DNA of 60,932 bases, taken from assembly GCA_004357495.1 (NCBI GenBank), contig SMWD01000005.1, positions 1 to 60,932 on the forward strand, read 5' to 3'. The stretch is from Gammaproteobacteria bacterium (GTDB lineage: Bacteria; Pseudomonadota; Gammaproteobacteria; Steroidobacterales; GCA-2729495). The notes below the pieces were generated by a model. The model did not search any database. It was not told where the DNA came from and was given only the letters and a program-made list of their open reading frames with translations. This document shows, piece after piece, positions 1 to 13,368 of the stretch. A program made the translations under genes and the position numbers. Every line of letters starts with the position of its first letter. Within the stretch, counting starts at the first letter, position 1.

Positions 1-1458
1 CAGGAACAGGTCATGCAGATCGCGCAGCGCCTGTCCGGCTATTCACTTGGCGGTGCAGACATCCTGCGCCGGGCCATGGGCAAGAAAAAGCCGGAGGAGA
101 TGGCCAAGCAGCGCGCCGGTTTCGTCGATGGTGCCGCCGAGCGGGGCGTCGAGCGGGGCGTTGCGGCCTTCATCTTCGATCTCATCGAAAAATTTGCCGG
201 CTACGGCTTCAATAAGTCGCACTCGGCGGCTTATGCAATGCTGTCCTACCAGACTGCCTGGCTGAAGGCACATTACCCGGCGCCGTTCATGGCCGCGGTG
301 CTGAGTGCGGAAATGGGCGACACCGACAAGCTCGAGATACTCAAGCGCGATCTTGCCGCCAATCACCTGAGCTTGCTGCCACCCGACATCAACGATTCGG
401 GTGTCGCCTTCGCCTATCGCAGCGATGCCGAGATTCGCTACGGCCTCGCTGCGATCAAGGGTCTCGGCCGCGCGGCGGCGGAACAGATTGTTGCCGCGCG
501 CGCGGACGTCCCGTTCGTGGATCTCGATGATTTTTGCGAGCGGGTTTATAACCACAAGATCGGGCGGCGCTCCATCGAGGCATTGATCAAAGCGGGGGCG
601 CTGGATGCCAGCGGGCCGAATCGGCCGAGCCTCCTGGCGCGTGTTCCGGCCGCAATCGGCCACGCCGAGCGTGCGGCCCGAGCGCGTGATTCAGGTCAGG
701 ACGACCTGTTCGCGTTGCCGGCCGGCACGCATGATGAGCGGGTGACCAGGGAAACGGGCCCGATCCCGGTGTTGCCGGACTGGAGTTTCCGGCAGCAACT
801 CGGTGCCGAGCGCGAGAGTCTCGGCTTGTACATGAGCGGGCACCCGTTCGACGAATATCGTACGGACGGGCCGTTCATCTCGGCCGGAACGCTTGGCAGC
901 CTGACCCGCGCGACGCCGCCATCGAACCGCGGCGACAAGCCATGGTCCGGAGGGCGCGAATGCTCGGGTGCCGGGTTGGTCACCGGGCTGCGAAAACGGG
1001 GCGGACGCATCACCCTCGAACTCGATGACGGCGAGGACCGGCTCGAGGTCAGCTTGTTTCAGGAAGCCTACGAGAGTTACCGGCACCTGCTGACGTCGGA
1101 TTCGATCGTCGTGATCTCCGGCAAGCTTCGCTTTGACGACTTCATTGACGGCTGGCGGCTGACTGGCAAAGAGGTCAGGGACATCGATCGCGCGATCGAA
1201 GCATGCGCCGACCGGTTGGTGATTCGCTGGCCGCAGGACACGAATGCGGCGCCGACGCCGGAGCGGCTGAAGTCGATTCTCGAGCCGTACCGTCCCGGCA
1301 ACTGCAAGATCAGCCTGTTTTATAGTTGCTCCCATGCACAGGCTCGCGTCCGGCTGGGCGCGGACTGGTCGGTACGCCCTTGTCGCGAGTTGCGTGAGCA
1401 GCTGGAGCGAATTTTCGGCAGGCAGGGATATCACTTCGGTTACAGCCGCATGGCCTGA
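1..1458 (+). CDS. dnaE: DNA polymerase III alpha subunit, C-terminal ~485 aa (5' end lies outside the window)
   Basis: The frame is open from nt 1. Contains '[22 protein letters not shown]' and '[15 protein letters not shown]' typical of DnaE, then an OB-fold-like C-terminus. Followed by accA, as in many gammaproteobacteria. Confidence 0.95.
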   Translation, partial: QEQVMQIAQRLSGYSLGGADILRRAMGKKKPEEMAKQRAGFVDGAAERGVERGVAAFIFDLIEKFAGYGFNKSHSAAYAMLSYQTAWLKAHYPAPFMAAVLSAEMGDTDKLEILKRDLAANHLSLLPPDINDSGVAFAYRSDAEIRYGLAAIKGLGRAAAEQIVAARADVPFVDLDDFCERVYNHKIGRRSIEALIKAGALDASGPNRPSLLARVPAAIGHAERAARARDSGQDDLFALPAGTHDERVTRETGPIPVLPDWSFRQQLGAERESLGLYMSGHPFDEYRTDGPFISAGTLGSLTRATPPSNRGDKPWSGGRECSGAGLVTGLRKRGGRITLELDDGEDRLEVSLFQEAYESYRHLLTSDSIVVISGKLRFDDFIDGWRLTGKEVRDIDRAIEACADRLVIRWPQDTNAAPTPERLKSILEPYRPGNCKISLFYSCSHAQARVRLGADWSVRPCRELREQLERIFGRQGYHFGYSRMA

Positions 1459-1511
1459 CGCGCCGGCGTTGGCCTTGTAACCCCTCGCTGCACCGTTTAG
1501 GGTGCCTGCAC

Positions 1512-2471
1512 ATGGACCTCAAGTTTCTGGATTTCGAACAGCCGATTGCCGAACTCGAAGCGAAGATCGACGAGCTGCGTTTCGTCGGCGACGATTCCGA
1601 GGTCAATATCAGCGAGGAGATCACCCGGCTGAAGGGCAAGAGCGAGGCCTTGACGAAGTCCATCTTCTCGAACCTGTCCGCATGGCAGGTTGCGCAACTC
1701 GCCAGACACCCACTGCGCCCCCATACCCTCGACTATATCAAGCTGATCAGCCCGGATTTTCAGGAGCTGCACGGTGACCGGATGTTCGCGGACGACGCGG
1801 CTTTAGTCGGGGGGCTCGGCCGGCTCGACGGCAAGCCCGTCATGTTCATCGGTAATCAGAAAGGTCGAAACACCAAGTCGCGCGTGTTGCGCAATTACGG
1901 GATGGCGAAGCCGGAAGGTTATCGCAAGGCGCTGCGGCTCATGAAAATGGCCGAGCGCTTCCACCTGCCCGTCATTACCCTGATCGACACACCCGGGGCG
2001 TATCCGGGCGTCGGCGCTGAGGAGCGCGGCCAGAGCGAGGCCATCGCGCGTAATCTGTTCGAGATGTCGCGGCTGAGAACGCCGATCATCAGCACCGTCA
2101 TTGGTGAGGGTGGCTCGGGCGGGGCGCTGGCGATCGGCCTGGCGGACCGGGTCCTGATACTCCGTTATGCCATTTATGCCGTGATCTCTCCCGAGGGTTG
2201 CGCGAGCATCCTGTGGAAGAGTGCCGACAAGGCCGCCGATGCAGCCAACGCGATGGGGATTACCGCCGATCGTCTCAGCGAACTGGGGCTTGTGGATGAG
2301 GTCATCCCCGAACCGCTGGGCAGTGCGCATCGCGATCCCGAGGCGACGGCGCAGACCTTGCAAAATGCGTTGATCTCGCACCTGCGCGACCTCGAGGCGC
2401 TCGACACCGGCGAACTGCTGAATCGCAGGTCGGCTCGAATCGCCGCGATGGGCGTGTTCAAGGAAACCTGA
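1512..2471 (+). CDS. accA: Acetyl-CoA carboxylase carboxyltransferase alpha subunit
   Basis: N-terminus '[23 protein letters not shown]' matches the canonical AccA start. Also '[20 protein letters not shown]'. 319 aa. Confidence 0.95.
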   Translation: MDLKFLDFEQPIAELEAKIDELRFVGDDSEVNISEEITRLKGKSEALTKSIFSNLSAWQVAQLARHPLRPHTLDYIKLISPDFQELHGDRMFADDAALVGGLGRLDGKPVMFIGNQKGRNTKSRVLRNYGMAKPEGYRKALRLMKMAERFHLPVITLIDTPGAYPGVGAEERGQSEAIARNLFEMSRLRTPIISTVIGEGGSGGALAIGLADRVLILRYAIYAVISPEGCASILWKSADKAADAANAMGITADRLSELGLVDEVIPEPLGSAHRDPEATAQTLQNALISHLRDLEALDTGELLNRRSARIAAMGVFKET

Positions 2472-2484
2472 TCCCGCGGCGCCG

Positions 2485-3834
2485 GTGTCGATGTCATCGG
2501 TCCTTGCAGCGCTACGCCGCATGCTCGCGCAACCCGGCGCCTCCGGCGACGGCTATTGCGTCGCGTTCAGCGGCGGCCTCGACTCGATGGTCCTCTTGCA
2601 CGCCCTGCATAGCCTGCGTGGCGAGCCAGGTGATTTTGCGCTGCGTGCCGTGTATATCCATCACGGCTTGCACCTGGAGGCAGATGCCTGGTCGGCCCGT
2701 TGCGAGGCCGTGGCGGCTCGGCTGAACGTGCCGTATGTCGCGCGCAGCGTGTGCGTCGAACGGGATACCGGCGAGGGGCTCGAGGCGGCAGCCCGGCGGG
2801 CGCGGTATGCGGCGTTCGCCGAGTTACTGGCTGCGGATGAGCAACTGCTGACGGCGCATCATGCGGAAGATCAGCTCGAGACCTATCTGTTGCGGCTGTT
2901 GCGCGGCACCGGCGTACACGGGCTGGCCAGTATCGTCGAGCGGGCGCCGTTTGCCGATGGCTGGCTGCTGCGCCCACTGCTGTCCGTTGGTCGGGCCGAC
3001 CTTACGGCCTATGCGCAGGCGCACGGGCTGGACTGGATCGACGACCCGTCGAATATCGATACGACACTCGATCGCAACTACTTGCGCCACAAGGTCGTCC
3101 CGGTACTGCGCGCGCGCTGGCCCGGCCTCGCCGCTACCATCGGTCGGGCCGCGCGACTCAGCGCCGAGGCCGCCGAACTGATCGACGGCTTGGCTGCCGG
3201 GGATTGCGCGCGCAGCATACGCGGCGGGCTCATCGAGCTGGGCGAACTGCGGCAGCTTGCGCCAGCTCGCCAGCGCAACGTGATTCGGTACGTGCTGCGC
3301 CAGCGTGGTCTGGTACCCCCGAGCGAGATACAGTTGTTGACCGGCCTCGACCAATTGCTGTCGGCCGGCGTCGATCGTCAGCCGGTCCTGAGCTGGCCGG
3401 GGGGGCAGGTACGCCGTTATCGTCAGCGTCTGTATGTACTCGAGGTTGATCCCTCGGCGGCGACCGAAAAAGCACCCAGCGAGTTTGTGTGGGACGGTTT
3501 GGCGCCGATCGATCTTGGGCCCGTGCGCGGCCGACTCCAGCTGGTGTCGGCCGAGACCGGTGGCTTTGGTCTCGACCCGGCGAACGGTCCGTTGACGATT
3601 CGCTTCCGGCGGGGCGGGGAGCGGCTGCGTGCAGCCGGTCATCTGCACCACATTCGGCTGAAGAAGCTGTACCAGGCGCGCGGCGTCGTACCGTGGATGC
3701 GCGCCCACGTCCCGCTGCTCGTGCAGGGCGACACACTGCTGGCGGTCGGTGATCTCTGGTCCGGGGCGAGCGCGCCGGCGGACGGCCGCCCGGCAGTCCG
3801 GATGGTCTGGGATCAGCATGCACTCATTTACTGA
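2485..3834 (+). CDS. tilS: tRNA(Ile)-lysidine synthase
   Basis: PP-loop 'SGGLDSMVLLH' near the N-terminus; 449 aa; position after accA. GTG 2485 or ATG 2491 as start. Confidence 0.9.
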   Translation: MSMSSVLAALRRMLAQPGASGDGYCVAFSGGLDSMVLLHALHSLRGEPGDFALRAVYIHHGLHLEADAWSARCEAVAARLNVPYVARSVCVERDTGEGLEAAARRARYAAFAELLAADEQLLTAHHAEDQLETYLLRLLRGTGVHGLASIVERAPFADGWLLRPLLSVGRADLTAYAQAHGLDWIDDPSNIDTTLDRNYLRHKVVPVLRARWPGLAATIGRAARLSAEAAELIDGLAAGDCARSIRGGLIELGELRQLAPARQRNVIRYVLRQRGLVPPSEIQLLTGLDQLLSAGVDRQPVLSWPGGQVRRYRQRLYVLEVDPSAATEKAPSEFVWDGLAPIDLGPVRGRLQLVSAETGGFGLDPANGPLTIRFRRGGERLRAAGHLHHIRLKKLYQARGVVPWMRAHVPLLVQGDTLLAVGDLWSGASAPADGRPAVRMVWDQHALIY

Positions 3835-4032
3835 GTGCAGGAAGTGGTCGGTGTGAGGGTGCGGGGGCACAAGCTGCCCCCACATCGCGGCAAGATGCTG
3901 CTCCTGCGTTGTTGTCGATTGGCCGATCTGGTAACTTGGAACACCGTGTCGATGTCTCCATTTTCCGAGTCCAGGGGCAGGCTGCCAGGCAGCTTGTCCG
4001 TGCACTCTATTTTGATATCCAGGTTGGACTAA

Positions 4033-7853
<3,821 letters not shown>

Positions 7854-7897
7854 GGCGCGTCGGGCGCGAGCGCGGCAGACGAGGAATTTCCTGACGC

Positions 7898-8236
7898 ATG
7901 CAGAGCAAGCAGACGAAATCGTCGCGATCGATCGGCGCCAAAGTCCTGATCGGGGTGCTGATCGGTCTGTTGGCGATTCTGCAGGCGCGGCTCTGGGTGT
8001 CGGAAGACGGCTTCTCGGAGGTCAGTCGGCTCGGCAACCAGGTCGAATTGCAGCGCCATGAGAACGCGCAACTCGCCGAACGCAACGCGCGTCTCGAGGC
8101 AGAGGTCGAGGATCTGCGCGGCGGCTTCGCCGCAGTCGAGGAACGCGCTCGGTCCGATCTCGGGCTGATCGGGCCGGATGAGAGCTTTTACGTTTTCGCC
8201 GGCGATGGGGGCGGCGACCGCGTCGAAGCCGAGTAG
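7898..8236 (+). CDS. ftsB: Cell division protein FtsB
   Basis: 112 aa. One N-terminal TM segment ('VLIGVLIGLLAILQARLW') followed by a coiled coil 'LQRHENAQLAERNARLEAEVEDLR'. Canonical position after eno. Confidence 0.85.
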   Translation: MQSKQTKSSRSIGAKVLIGVLIGLLAILQARLWVSEDGFSEVSRLGNQVELQRHENAQLAERNARLEAEVEDLRGGFAAVEERARSDLGLIGPDESFYVFAGDGGGDRVEAE

Positions 8237-8239
8237 TTC

Positions 8240-9337
8240 ATGGGCGAATCATTGACCGCCGTAACGACCGATGAGTCCGGTGACGCGGATTCGTCGGCGT
8301 GGCGTACCTCGCCGGAGCGCGTGCGGCTCCGGCGCGGCGCCGACCTTGAGTCTCTCCCGCGCAGCGCCGGGCCGGCGCCGGTCACCGGTGTTATCCGGCG
8401 TCACCCCGAAGATTTTATTGTCGAGGAGCAGCTCGCATTTCCATTGACCGGGGAAGGCGAGCACCTGTATCTGCGCATTCGCAAGACCGGCCAGAATACG
8501 CGCTGGGTGTCGAAGCAACTTGCACGCAGGCTCTCGCTGCCGTTCAAAGCCGTCGGTTTTGCCGGACTCAAGGATCGCCATGCGATCACGGACCAGTGGT
8601 TCAGTTTGCACCTGCCGGGGCAGGCTGACCCGGACTGGGGCGCGCTGGGTATCGAGGGGGTCGAAGTGCTGGACGCCATTCGGCATTCCGGCAAACTGCG
8701 TACCGGCGCGTTGAGCGGCAACCGGTTCCGGATTATTGTGCGCGATCTCGAAGGCGATCTGGATGCGCTGGAGGCTCGGCTCGGGCGGTTGAAAAACGTC
8801 CCGGTGCCGAATTACTTCGGTACCCAGCGATTCGGTCACGACGCCGGCAACCTCGATTTGTTGTTCGCGGCTGGCGATATTGGCCGTGCTGCGCGCTCCT
8901 TCGGCCTGTCGGCGCAGCGTTCGGCGCTGTTCAACCTCTGGCTCGCCGGGCGTATCGAAGACGGCACGTGGCGTATTCCACTGGACGGGGAAATCGCCTA
9001 CCTCGAAGACGAGCATCGCTACCGGCATGTCGACAAGCTCGATGCGGCACAGGCATGCGTGCCGACCGGGTTGCTGTGGGGTTGCGGTGACAACCAGGCG
9101 ACCGGTACGGCACTGGCGCGCGAGCAGGCCTTTCGCGCGGACTTTCCGGCGACGCAGCACCTGCTGTGTGAATACGATGTACGCATGATGCGACGCGCGT
9201 TGTGGATGCGTCCGGCAGATTTCGGCTACGCACTGGATCGCACGGCGGGCGCGAGTATGCTGCACCTGCAATTCGGCCTGCATCGCGGCCAGTATGCGAC
9301 GGCCGTGATCCGCGAATTTTGCCGGCACACGGGCTGA
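8240..9337 (+). CDS. truD: tRNA pseudouridine(13) synthase TruD
   Basis: 'RRHPEDFIVEEQL', 'GLKDRHAITDQWFS', 'NYFGTQRFG'. The N-terminus is ~20 aa longer than usual, so the true start may be downstream of 8240. Confidence 0.85.
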   Translation: MGESLTAVTTDESGDADSSAWRTSPERVRLRRGADLESLPRSAGPAPVTGVIRRHPEDFIVEEQLAFPLTGEGEHLYLRIRKTGQNTRWVSKQLARRLSLPFKAVGFAGLKDRHAITDQWFSLHLPGQADPDWGALGIEGVEVLDAIRHSGKLRTGALSGNRFRIIVRDLEGDLDALEARLGRLKNVPVPNYFGTQRFGHDAGNLDLLFAAGDIGRAARSFGLSAQRSALFNLWLAGRIEDGTWRIPLDGEIAYLEDEHRYRHVDKLDAAQACVPTGLLWGCGDNQATGTALAREQAFRADFPATQHLLCEYDVRMMRRALWMRPADFGYALDRTAGASMLHLQFGLHRGQYATAVIREFCRHTG

Positions 9338-9379
9338 TCGTCGTGCGGAGCGAACGGTGCAGGCGAACGGGAGTCACCG

Positions 9380-9655
9380 GTGACGGCCACGAGCGATGAC
9401 GCGGCCGGCGATGCGGCGAACCCGAGTCAGGACACACACATGAGCGAAATTTCCGGATATGAGCAACGTACGAAGGCGCGGCTGCGCCTGGCCCTTGCCG
9501 CGTTGCCGGCGGGCCTGGTGCTCGGTGTTGTCGGCGGCCTGGTGCTCGGTGCGCCGGCGATCGGAGCGGCGATCGGAGCGGGCATCGGTTTCGGTCTTGC
9601 GATCGCTTTGTTTGCCGCGGCCGTGGTTGCGCGTGCCGCCGATCCCCGGCTTTAG
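9380..9655 (+). CDS. Hypothetical small membrane protein with a glycine-zipper-like TM region
   Basis: GTG-start ORF (alternative ATG 'MSEISGY'). C-terminal 'GLVLGVVGGLVLGAPAIGAAIGAGIGFGLAIALFAAAVV' looks like one or two GxxxG-rich TM helices. No family recognised. Confidence 0.4.
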   Translation: MTATSDDAAGDAANPSQDTHMSEISGYEQRTKARLRLALAALPAGLVLGVVGGLVLGAPAIGAAIGAGIGFGLAIALFAAAVVARAADPRL

Positions 9656-9696
9656 CATGGTGCGGGCTCGAAAGATGCCGGACAGGGGCTTCGAAC

Positions 9697-9839
9697 ATGC
9701 TCGAAATCATCGCGCACGGTGATATCGCCGAATTGCGACTGAATCGGACGATGTGGAGTACTTGACGGCCGATTGGTTCAGCGGCGAGACACAGGCAGCG
9801 TTGCGGGCGTTGGCGGAGAGCCTCCGGCAAGGTCTATAA
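9697..9839 (+). pseudogene. Possible N-terminal fragment of an enoyl-CoA hydratase/crotonase-family gene, frameshifted and truncated
   Basis: 'MLEIIAHGDIAELRLNR..' stops at TGA 9763. The reading continues in another frame as '..DWFSGETQAALRALAESLRQ', stopping at TAA 9837. This resembles the 'v..itLNRP...NAfs.e....L..al' start of crotonases. It ends at the AT-rich patch. Confidence 0.3.
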
Positions 9840-9895
9840 ATTATCTTATAAAGATACTGTAATATACTGAAATCTATATCATTATATAGATAGCA
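9833..9895. repeat. AT-rich patch carrying copy 1 of a dispersed element (TCTATAAA + TTATCTTATAAA)
   Basis: 'TCTATAAATTATCTTATAAAGATACTGTAATATACTGAAATCTATATCATTATATAGATAG' sits in an otherwise GC-rich context. The 14-mer AATTATCTTATAAA (9839-9852) recurs exactly at 39544-39557. Confidence 0.8.
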
Positions 9896-10424
9896 ACACA
9901 TAGACTGCACCGGTGCCGCCGTCGCGCGGGCGGGCCGAGCAAAATGCCGCGACCGCATCCCAGCGGCTCAGCCAGTGGTTGACGCCGGCTTTCAGCACCG
10001 GCCCTTTCGATCCTGAGCCGAGCCCCTTGCCGTGCACGACGCGCACGCAGTTCAGGCCGTGCGTGCGGGCATCGTGAATGAAGGTGTGCAGTTCGGTGCG
10101 GGCCACTTCTGCAGTCAAGCCGTGCAGATCGATCTCATCCTCGATTGCAAACTGGCCGCGGCGAAGCTGGCGCAGGATGCGGCGCGTGATATGCGGGCGG
10201 TGAAACTCGAGTTCGTCGCCACGCTCCATGCCGGCCGGGTCAAACGCGCACTCCCCGGATGCGTCGGGCGCCGGGGGTTCGCCGGCCTCTGAGAACTTTG
10301 CGTGCGGTTTTGGCGGCGGCTTGTCGAGCACGCGCCGCCGGCCGGCGACGGGCTTCACGGCGCCGATCGTGTTGCGGAATAGCGCCCCGTCGTCCGAGTT
10401 GCTATGTTTACTCTTTTTACGCAT
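9882..10424 (-). CDS. Smr-domain protein (SmrA/YdaL-like endonuclease family)
   Basis: C-terminal '[48 protein letters not shown]' is a Smr domain. ATG at 10424 ('MRKKSKHSN') was chosen because the longer ORF to 10721 would run antisense through surE. Confidence 0.8.
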   Translation of the reverse strand: MRKKSKHSNSDDGALFRNTIGAVKPVAGRRRVLDKPPPKPHAKFSEAGEPPAPDASGECAFDPAGMERGDELEFHRPHITRRILRQLRRGQFAIEDEIDLHGLTAEVARTELHTFIHDARTHGLNCVRVVHGKGLGSGSKGPVLKAGVNHWLSRWDAVAAFCSARPRDGGTGAVYVLLSI

Positions 10425-10445
10425 ACGTCCCGCCCAGAGTGCCCT

Positions 10446-11189
10446 TTGAGAATACTGCTTAGCAATGACGACGGCTATCAGGCCGACGGTCTGGCCACGT
10501 TGGCTGTGTCGCTGGTCGACCTGGCCGACATTGTCATCGTCGCACCGGATCGCAATCAGAGCGGGGCGAGCCATTCGCTGACCTTGAATTCGCCGCTGCG
10601 AGTCGCCCAGACCCGGGACGGCATGTATTACGTCACCGGCACGCCGACCGACTGCGTGCACCTGGCGCTGACCGGCCTGCTCGACGAGGAGCCTGATATG
10701 GTCATCGCCGGCATCAATCACGGTGCAAACCTCGGCGATGATACGCTGTATTCCGGTACCGTCGCGGCCGCCGCTGAGGGGCGATTTCTGGGCCTGCCGG
10801 CAATCGCCGTCTCACTGGTCGGCGAGCAGCCGAAGCATTTCGATACCGCCGGGCAGGCAATTCGCGAACTCGTCCAGCAACTCGAGACGCATCCGATGCC
10901 ATCGGACACGATGCTCAACATCAACGTGCCGGACCGCCCGTGGTCGGAACTCAAGGGGTTCCAGGCCACCCGCCTCGGCTATCGTCATCGGGCCGAGCCT
11001 GTCATCAAGTCGCAGGATCCGAAAGGCCGGCCGCTGTACTGGGTCGGGCCGGCGGGCCCCGGGCAGGATGCCGGCTCGGGCACCGACTTTCATGCGATCA
11101 AGCACGGCTATGTCTCTGTGACGCCGATGCATTTTGACCTGACCCGGCACGACACCCTCGAGCGTTTGGCTGACTGGTTACCGACATGA
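10446..11189 (+). CDS. surE: 5'/3'-nucleotidase SurE
   Basis: '[15 protein letters not shown]', '[25 protein letters not shown]'. TTG 10446 gives the canonical [11 protein letters not shown]-terminus. Alternative upstream ATG at 10404. Confidence 0.9.
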   Translation: MRILLSNDDGYQADGLATLAVSLVDLADIVIVAPDRNQSGASHSLTLNSPLRVAQTRDGMYYVTGTPTDCVHLALTGLLDEEPDMVIAGINHGANLGDDTLYSGTVAAAAEGRFLGLPAIAVSLVGEQPKHFDTAGQAIRELVQQLETHPMPSDTMLNINVPDRPWSELKGFQATRLGYRHRAEPVIKSQDPKGRPLYWVGPAGPGQDAGSGTDFHAIKHGYVSVTPMHFDLTRHDTLERLADWLPT

Positions 11190-11863
11190 ACGATGAGCAG
11201 CGTCGCATAGAGGGGATCGGCATGACCTCCGCGCGTACGCGCGAGCGGCTGGTCCAGCGCCTCATCGACAACGGCATCAGTCATCAGGTGATTCTCGACC
11301 GCATCCGCAGGGTGCCGCGCCACCTGTTCGTCGATGAGGCGCTGCAGAGCAGGGCCTACGAGGACAGCGCATTGCCGATTGGGCACGGCCAGACGATATC
11401 GCAGCCGTACATTGTCGCTTTGATGACCCAGGCCCTCGTCGATGGCAAAGGCATTCGTGATTTGGGCAAGGTGCTCGAGGTCGGTACCGGGTGTGGTTAC
11501 CAGACGGCGGTGCTGGCGACGCTGGTCGGGACGATTTATACGATCGAGCGCATCCGCGACCTGTCGCGGGCCACGCGCAACCGGCTGTCCGATTTGGGTG
11601 TGCACAACATTCGCTATCGCCACGGTGATGGCATGCAGGGCTGGCCGGGTCAGGCGCCGTTCGACGGCATACTCGTCGCCGCCGCACCGTCCGGTATCCC
11701 GGAGGCGCTCCTCGAGCAACTCGCGGTCGGTGGCCGCCTGATCATCCCGGTCGGTCCGCCCGGTGGTCAGGAACTGGTTCGCGTCACGCGCGGTGCGACG
11801 GGCCTCGAGCAGGAGACCCTGTGCCAGGTGTCGTTCGTGCCGCTCCTGGAGGGTACCGGGTGA
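11186..11863 (+). CDS. pcm: Protein-L-isoaspartate O-methyltransferase
   Basis: '[15 protein letters not shown]', '[16 protein letters not shown]'. ATGA overlap with surE. Confidence 0.93.
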   Translation: MNDEQRRIEGIGMTSARTRERLVQRLIDNGISHQVILDRIRRVPRHLFVDEALQSRAYEDSALPIGHGQTISQPYIVALMTQALVDGKGIRDLGKVLEVGTGCGYQTAVLATLVGTIYTIERIRDLSRATRNRLSDLGVHNIRYRHGDGMQGWPGQAPFDGILVAAAPSGIPEALLEQLAVGGRLIIPVGPPGGQELVRVTRGATGLEQETLCQVSFVPLLEGTG

Positions 11864-12441
11864 CCCGGATTTTTTCGCGCCTGCTCGATTGGTGTCTCGA
11901 GTGGTCGCGCCATCGTCATGCGCCGTGGTATCTCGGCGCGCTGAGTTTCGCCGAGTCGTCGTTCTTTCCGATTCCGCCGGATGTCATGCTCGCGCCGATG
12001 GTGCTTGCGCAGCGGCAGAAGGCCTGGTCATTCGCATTGCTGACTACCGTCATGTCGGTGCTCGGCGGTCTCGCCGGGTTTGCGATCGGCGCGCTGGCGA
12101 TCGACTGGGTCATGCCGCTGCTGGAGCGTTTCGAGTACCTGGGCGCGTTCGAGCGCGCTCGGGCATGGTTCACGGATTGGGGCTTCTGGGCCATCCTCGT
12201 GGCGGGTTTTTCGCCCATTCCCTACAAGGTGTTCACGATTGCGGCCGGTGCAATGTCAATGGCGTTGTTGCCGTTCGTGCTCGCGTCGATCGTCGGGCGC
12301 GGTGGGCGTTTTTTTCTCGTCGCGGCGCTGATCTATTTCGGTGGTGAGTCGTTCGAGCAAAACCTCAAGCGTTACATCGATACGCTCGGCTGGATCGTGG
12401 TTGCGTTGATCATCGCGGCGGTCCTGTTTATGCGCTATTGA
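11860..12441 (+). CDS. YqaA-family (DedA-related) inner membrane protein
   Basis: GTGA overlap with the pcm stop. 'APWYLGALSFAESSFFPIPPDVMLAPM' and several TM segments. Confidence 0.8.
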   Translation: MTRIFSRLLDWCLEWSRHRHAPWYLGALSFAESSFFPIPPDVMLAPMVLAQRQKAWSFALLTTVMSVLGGLAGFAIGALAIDWVMPLLERFEYLGAFERARAWFTDWGFWAILVAGFSPIPYKVFTIAAGAMSMALLPFVLASIVGRGGRFFLVAALIYFGGESFEQNLKRYIDTLGWIVVALIIAAVLFMRY

Positions 12442-12454
12442 CCGCTTCGGTACG

Positions 12455-13132
12455 ATGCCCAGGTTCACCCGCCATCTCGCGCCGTTGATCGCGGTTCTCG
12501 TCATGATCGGCTGCTCGAGTGCTCTGCGCTGGGCGCCGGAGTATTACGTCGTCCAGGGCGGCGATACGATCTATTCCATCGCATTTCGTTACGGCATCGA
12601 TCAACGTGACCTGCTGGCGTGGAATCGAATCGACAACGCGAGCCTGATTCGCCCGGGGCAACGCCTGCGCCTGTCGGCGCCGGGCGGCAGCACCGCCGGC
12701 AGCGTTTCGACGCCTCCGCCGAGCGCACCGCGCGCGCCACCGGCAGATCGGCCGGTGCAGTCGGTAGGCTGGCGTTGGCCGACTGACGGCAAGGTCATCG
12801 CGAGTTACGGGGCGTCGGCCAAGACGCAATCGGGTATCCAGATCGGCGGCAAAAGGGGGCAGTCGGTTCGCGCCGCGTCCGGTGGCCAAGTGGTGTATGC
12901 CGGCAGCGGGCTGCCGGGATATGGGCAGCTGCTGATCATCAAGCATAACAACGACTACCTGAGCGCTTACGGCCATAACGACCGTTTGCTCGTGACGGAG
13001 GGGGCGACGGTCAAGCGGGGGCAGCCGATCGCGCGGATGGGTCTCGGGCCGGGCCGGCGGCCGCTGCTGCATTTCGAAATCCGCCGACGCGGTCAGCCGG
13101 TTGACCCGATACCGTTTTTGCCGAGCCGATAG
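12455..13132 (+). CDS. nlpD: Murein hydrolase activator NlpD (LysM + M23 peptidase lipoprotein)
   Basis: Lipobox 'LVMIGCSS'. LysM 'YVVQGGDTIYSIAFRYGIDQRDLLAWN'. M23 'GYGQLLIIKHNNDYLSAYGHN'. Position after pcm. Confidence 0.9.
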   Translation: MPRFTRHLAPLIAVLVMIGCSSALRWAPEYYVVQGGDTIYSIAFRYGIDQRDLLAWNRIDNASLIRPGQRLRLSAPGGSTAGSVSTPPPSAPRAPPADRPVQSVGWRWPTDGKVIASYGASAKTQSGIQIGGKRGQSVRAASGGQVVYAGSGLPGYGQLLIIKHNNDYLSAYGHNDRLLVTEGATVKRGQPIARMGLGPGRRPLLHFEIRRRGQPVDPIPFLPSR

Positions 13133-13166
13133 GCGGGTTTGCGAAGAGGGTGCCGGCACTGTTGAC

Positions 13167-13281
13167 GCTCTTTGGGGGGGGCTTGTCCGCCATGTTGGCC
13201 GGGGACGCTTTGTGGCTCTTTGGGAGGCTGCCCGACATTTCGGCAGTTTCTGCTTTTTGACTCTTGAGGAGGCTGCCCGCC
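13167..13281 (+). repeat. Three imperfect ~22-bp direct repeats with purine-rich GGAGG-like cores
   Basis: GCTCTTTGGGGGGGGCTTGTCCGCC (13167), GCTCTTTGGGAGGCTGCCCGAC (13215) and ACTCTTGAGGAGGCTGCCCGCC (13260). The CTCTT cores start at 13168, 13216 and 13261, giving spacings of 48 and 45 bp. Confidence 0.8.
13228..13258 (+). terminator. Candidate intrinsic terminator (for nlpD or an unannotated transcript)
   Basis: CTGCC(C)GA-catt-TCGGCAG forms a 7-bp stem with one bulge, followed by TTTCTGCTTTTT. Confidence 0.35.
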
Positions 13282-13368
13282 GCGCCTGACCACCTCTCCG
13301 GCGACTAAGCAGCCGGTTCACAATGCGACCTGCAACCACGAATATGGCTGTCAGTAGCCGGAAGTCAC

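Noticed and set aside
3863-3881. Perfect 7-bp hairpin GGGGGCA-caagc-TGCCCCC in the tilS-pyrG spacer
   Set aside because: No U-tract follows, so it is not a convincing intrinsic terminator. It could be a REP-like or RNA-stability element, but a single copy here gives nothing more to support it.
8249-9328. 359-aa minus-strand ORF covering almost all of truD
   Set aside because: It is antisense to a gene with clear TruD motifs. Its translation is Arg/Ala/Pro/Gln-rich with no recognisable motifs, the usual stop-poor antisense frame of GC-rich DNA.
9707-9958. 83-aa minus-strand ORF running through the AT-rich patch and into the Smr 3' end
   Set aside because: It overlaps the Smr gene in another frame. 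Its composition switches abruptly at the AT-rich patch, and there is no SD or motif.
13167-13281. Considered whether the three direct repeats are a mini CRISPR array
   Set aside because: There are only three units. They are imperfect and about 22 bp long with ~25-bp spacers of unequal length. There are no cas genes and no palindromic repeat core.
13093-13293. Minus-strand 66-aa ORF with reiterated 'GQPPQESK / GQPPKEPQ / GQAPPKER' peptide
   Set aside because: The peptide periodicity only reflects the three DNA direct repeats. The ORF overlaps the nlpD 3' end and has no SD. The DNA/RNA-level explanation is simpler.
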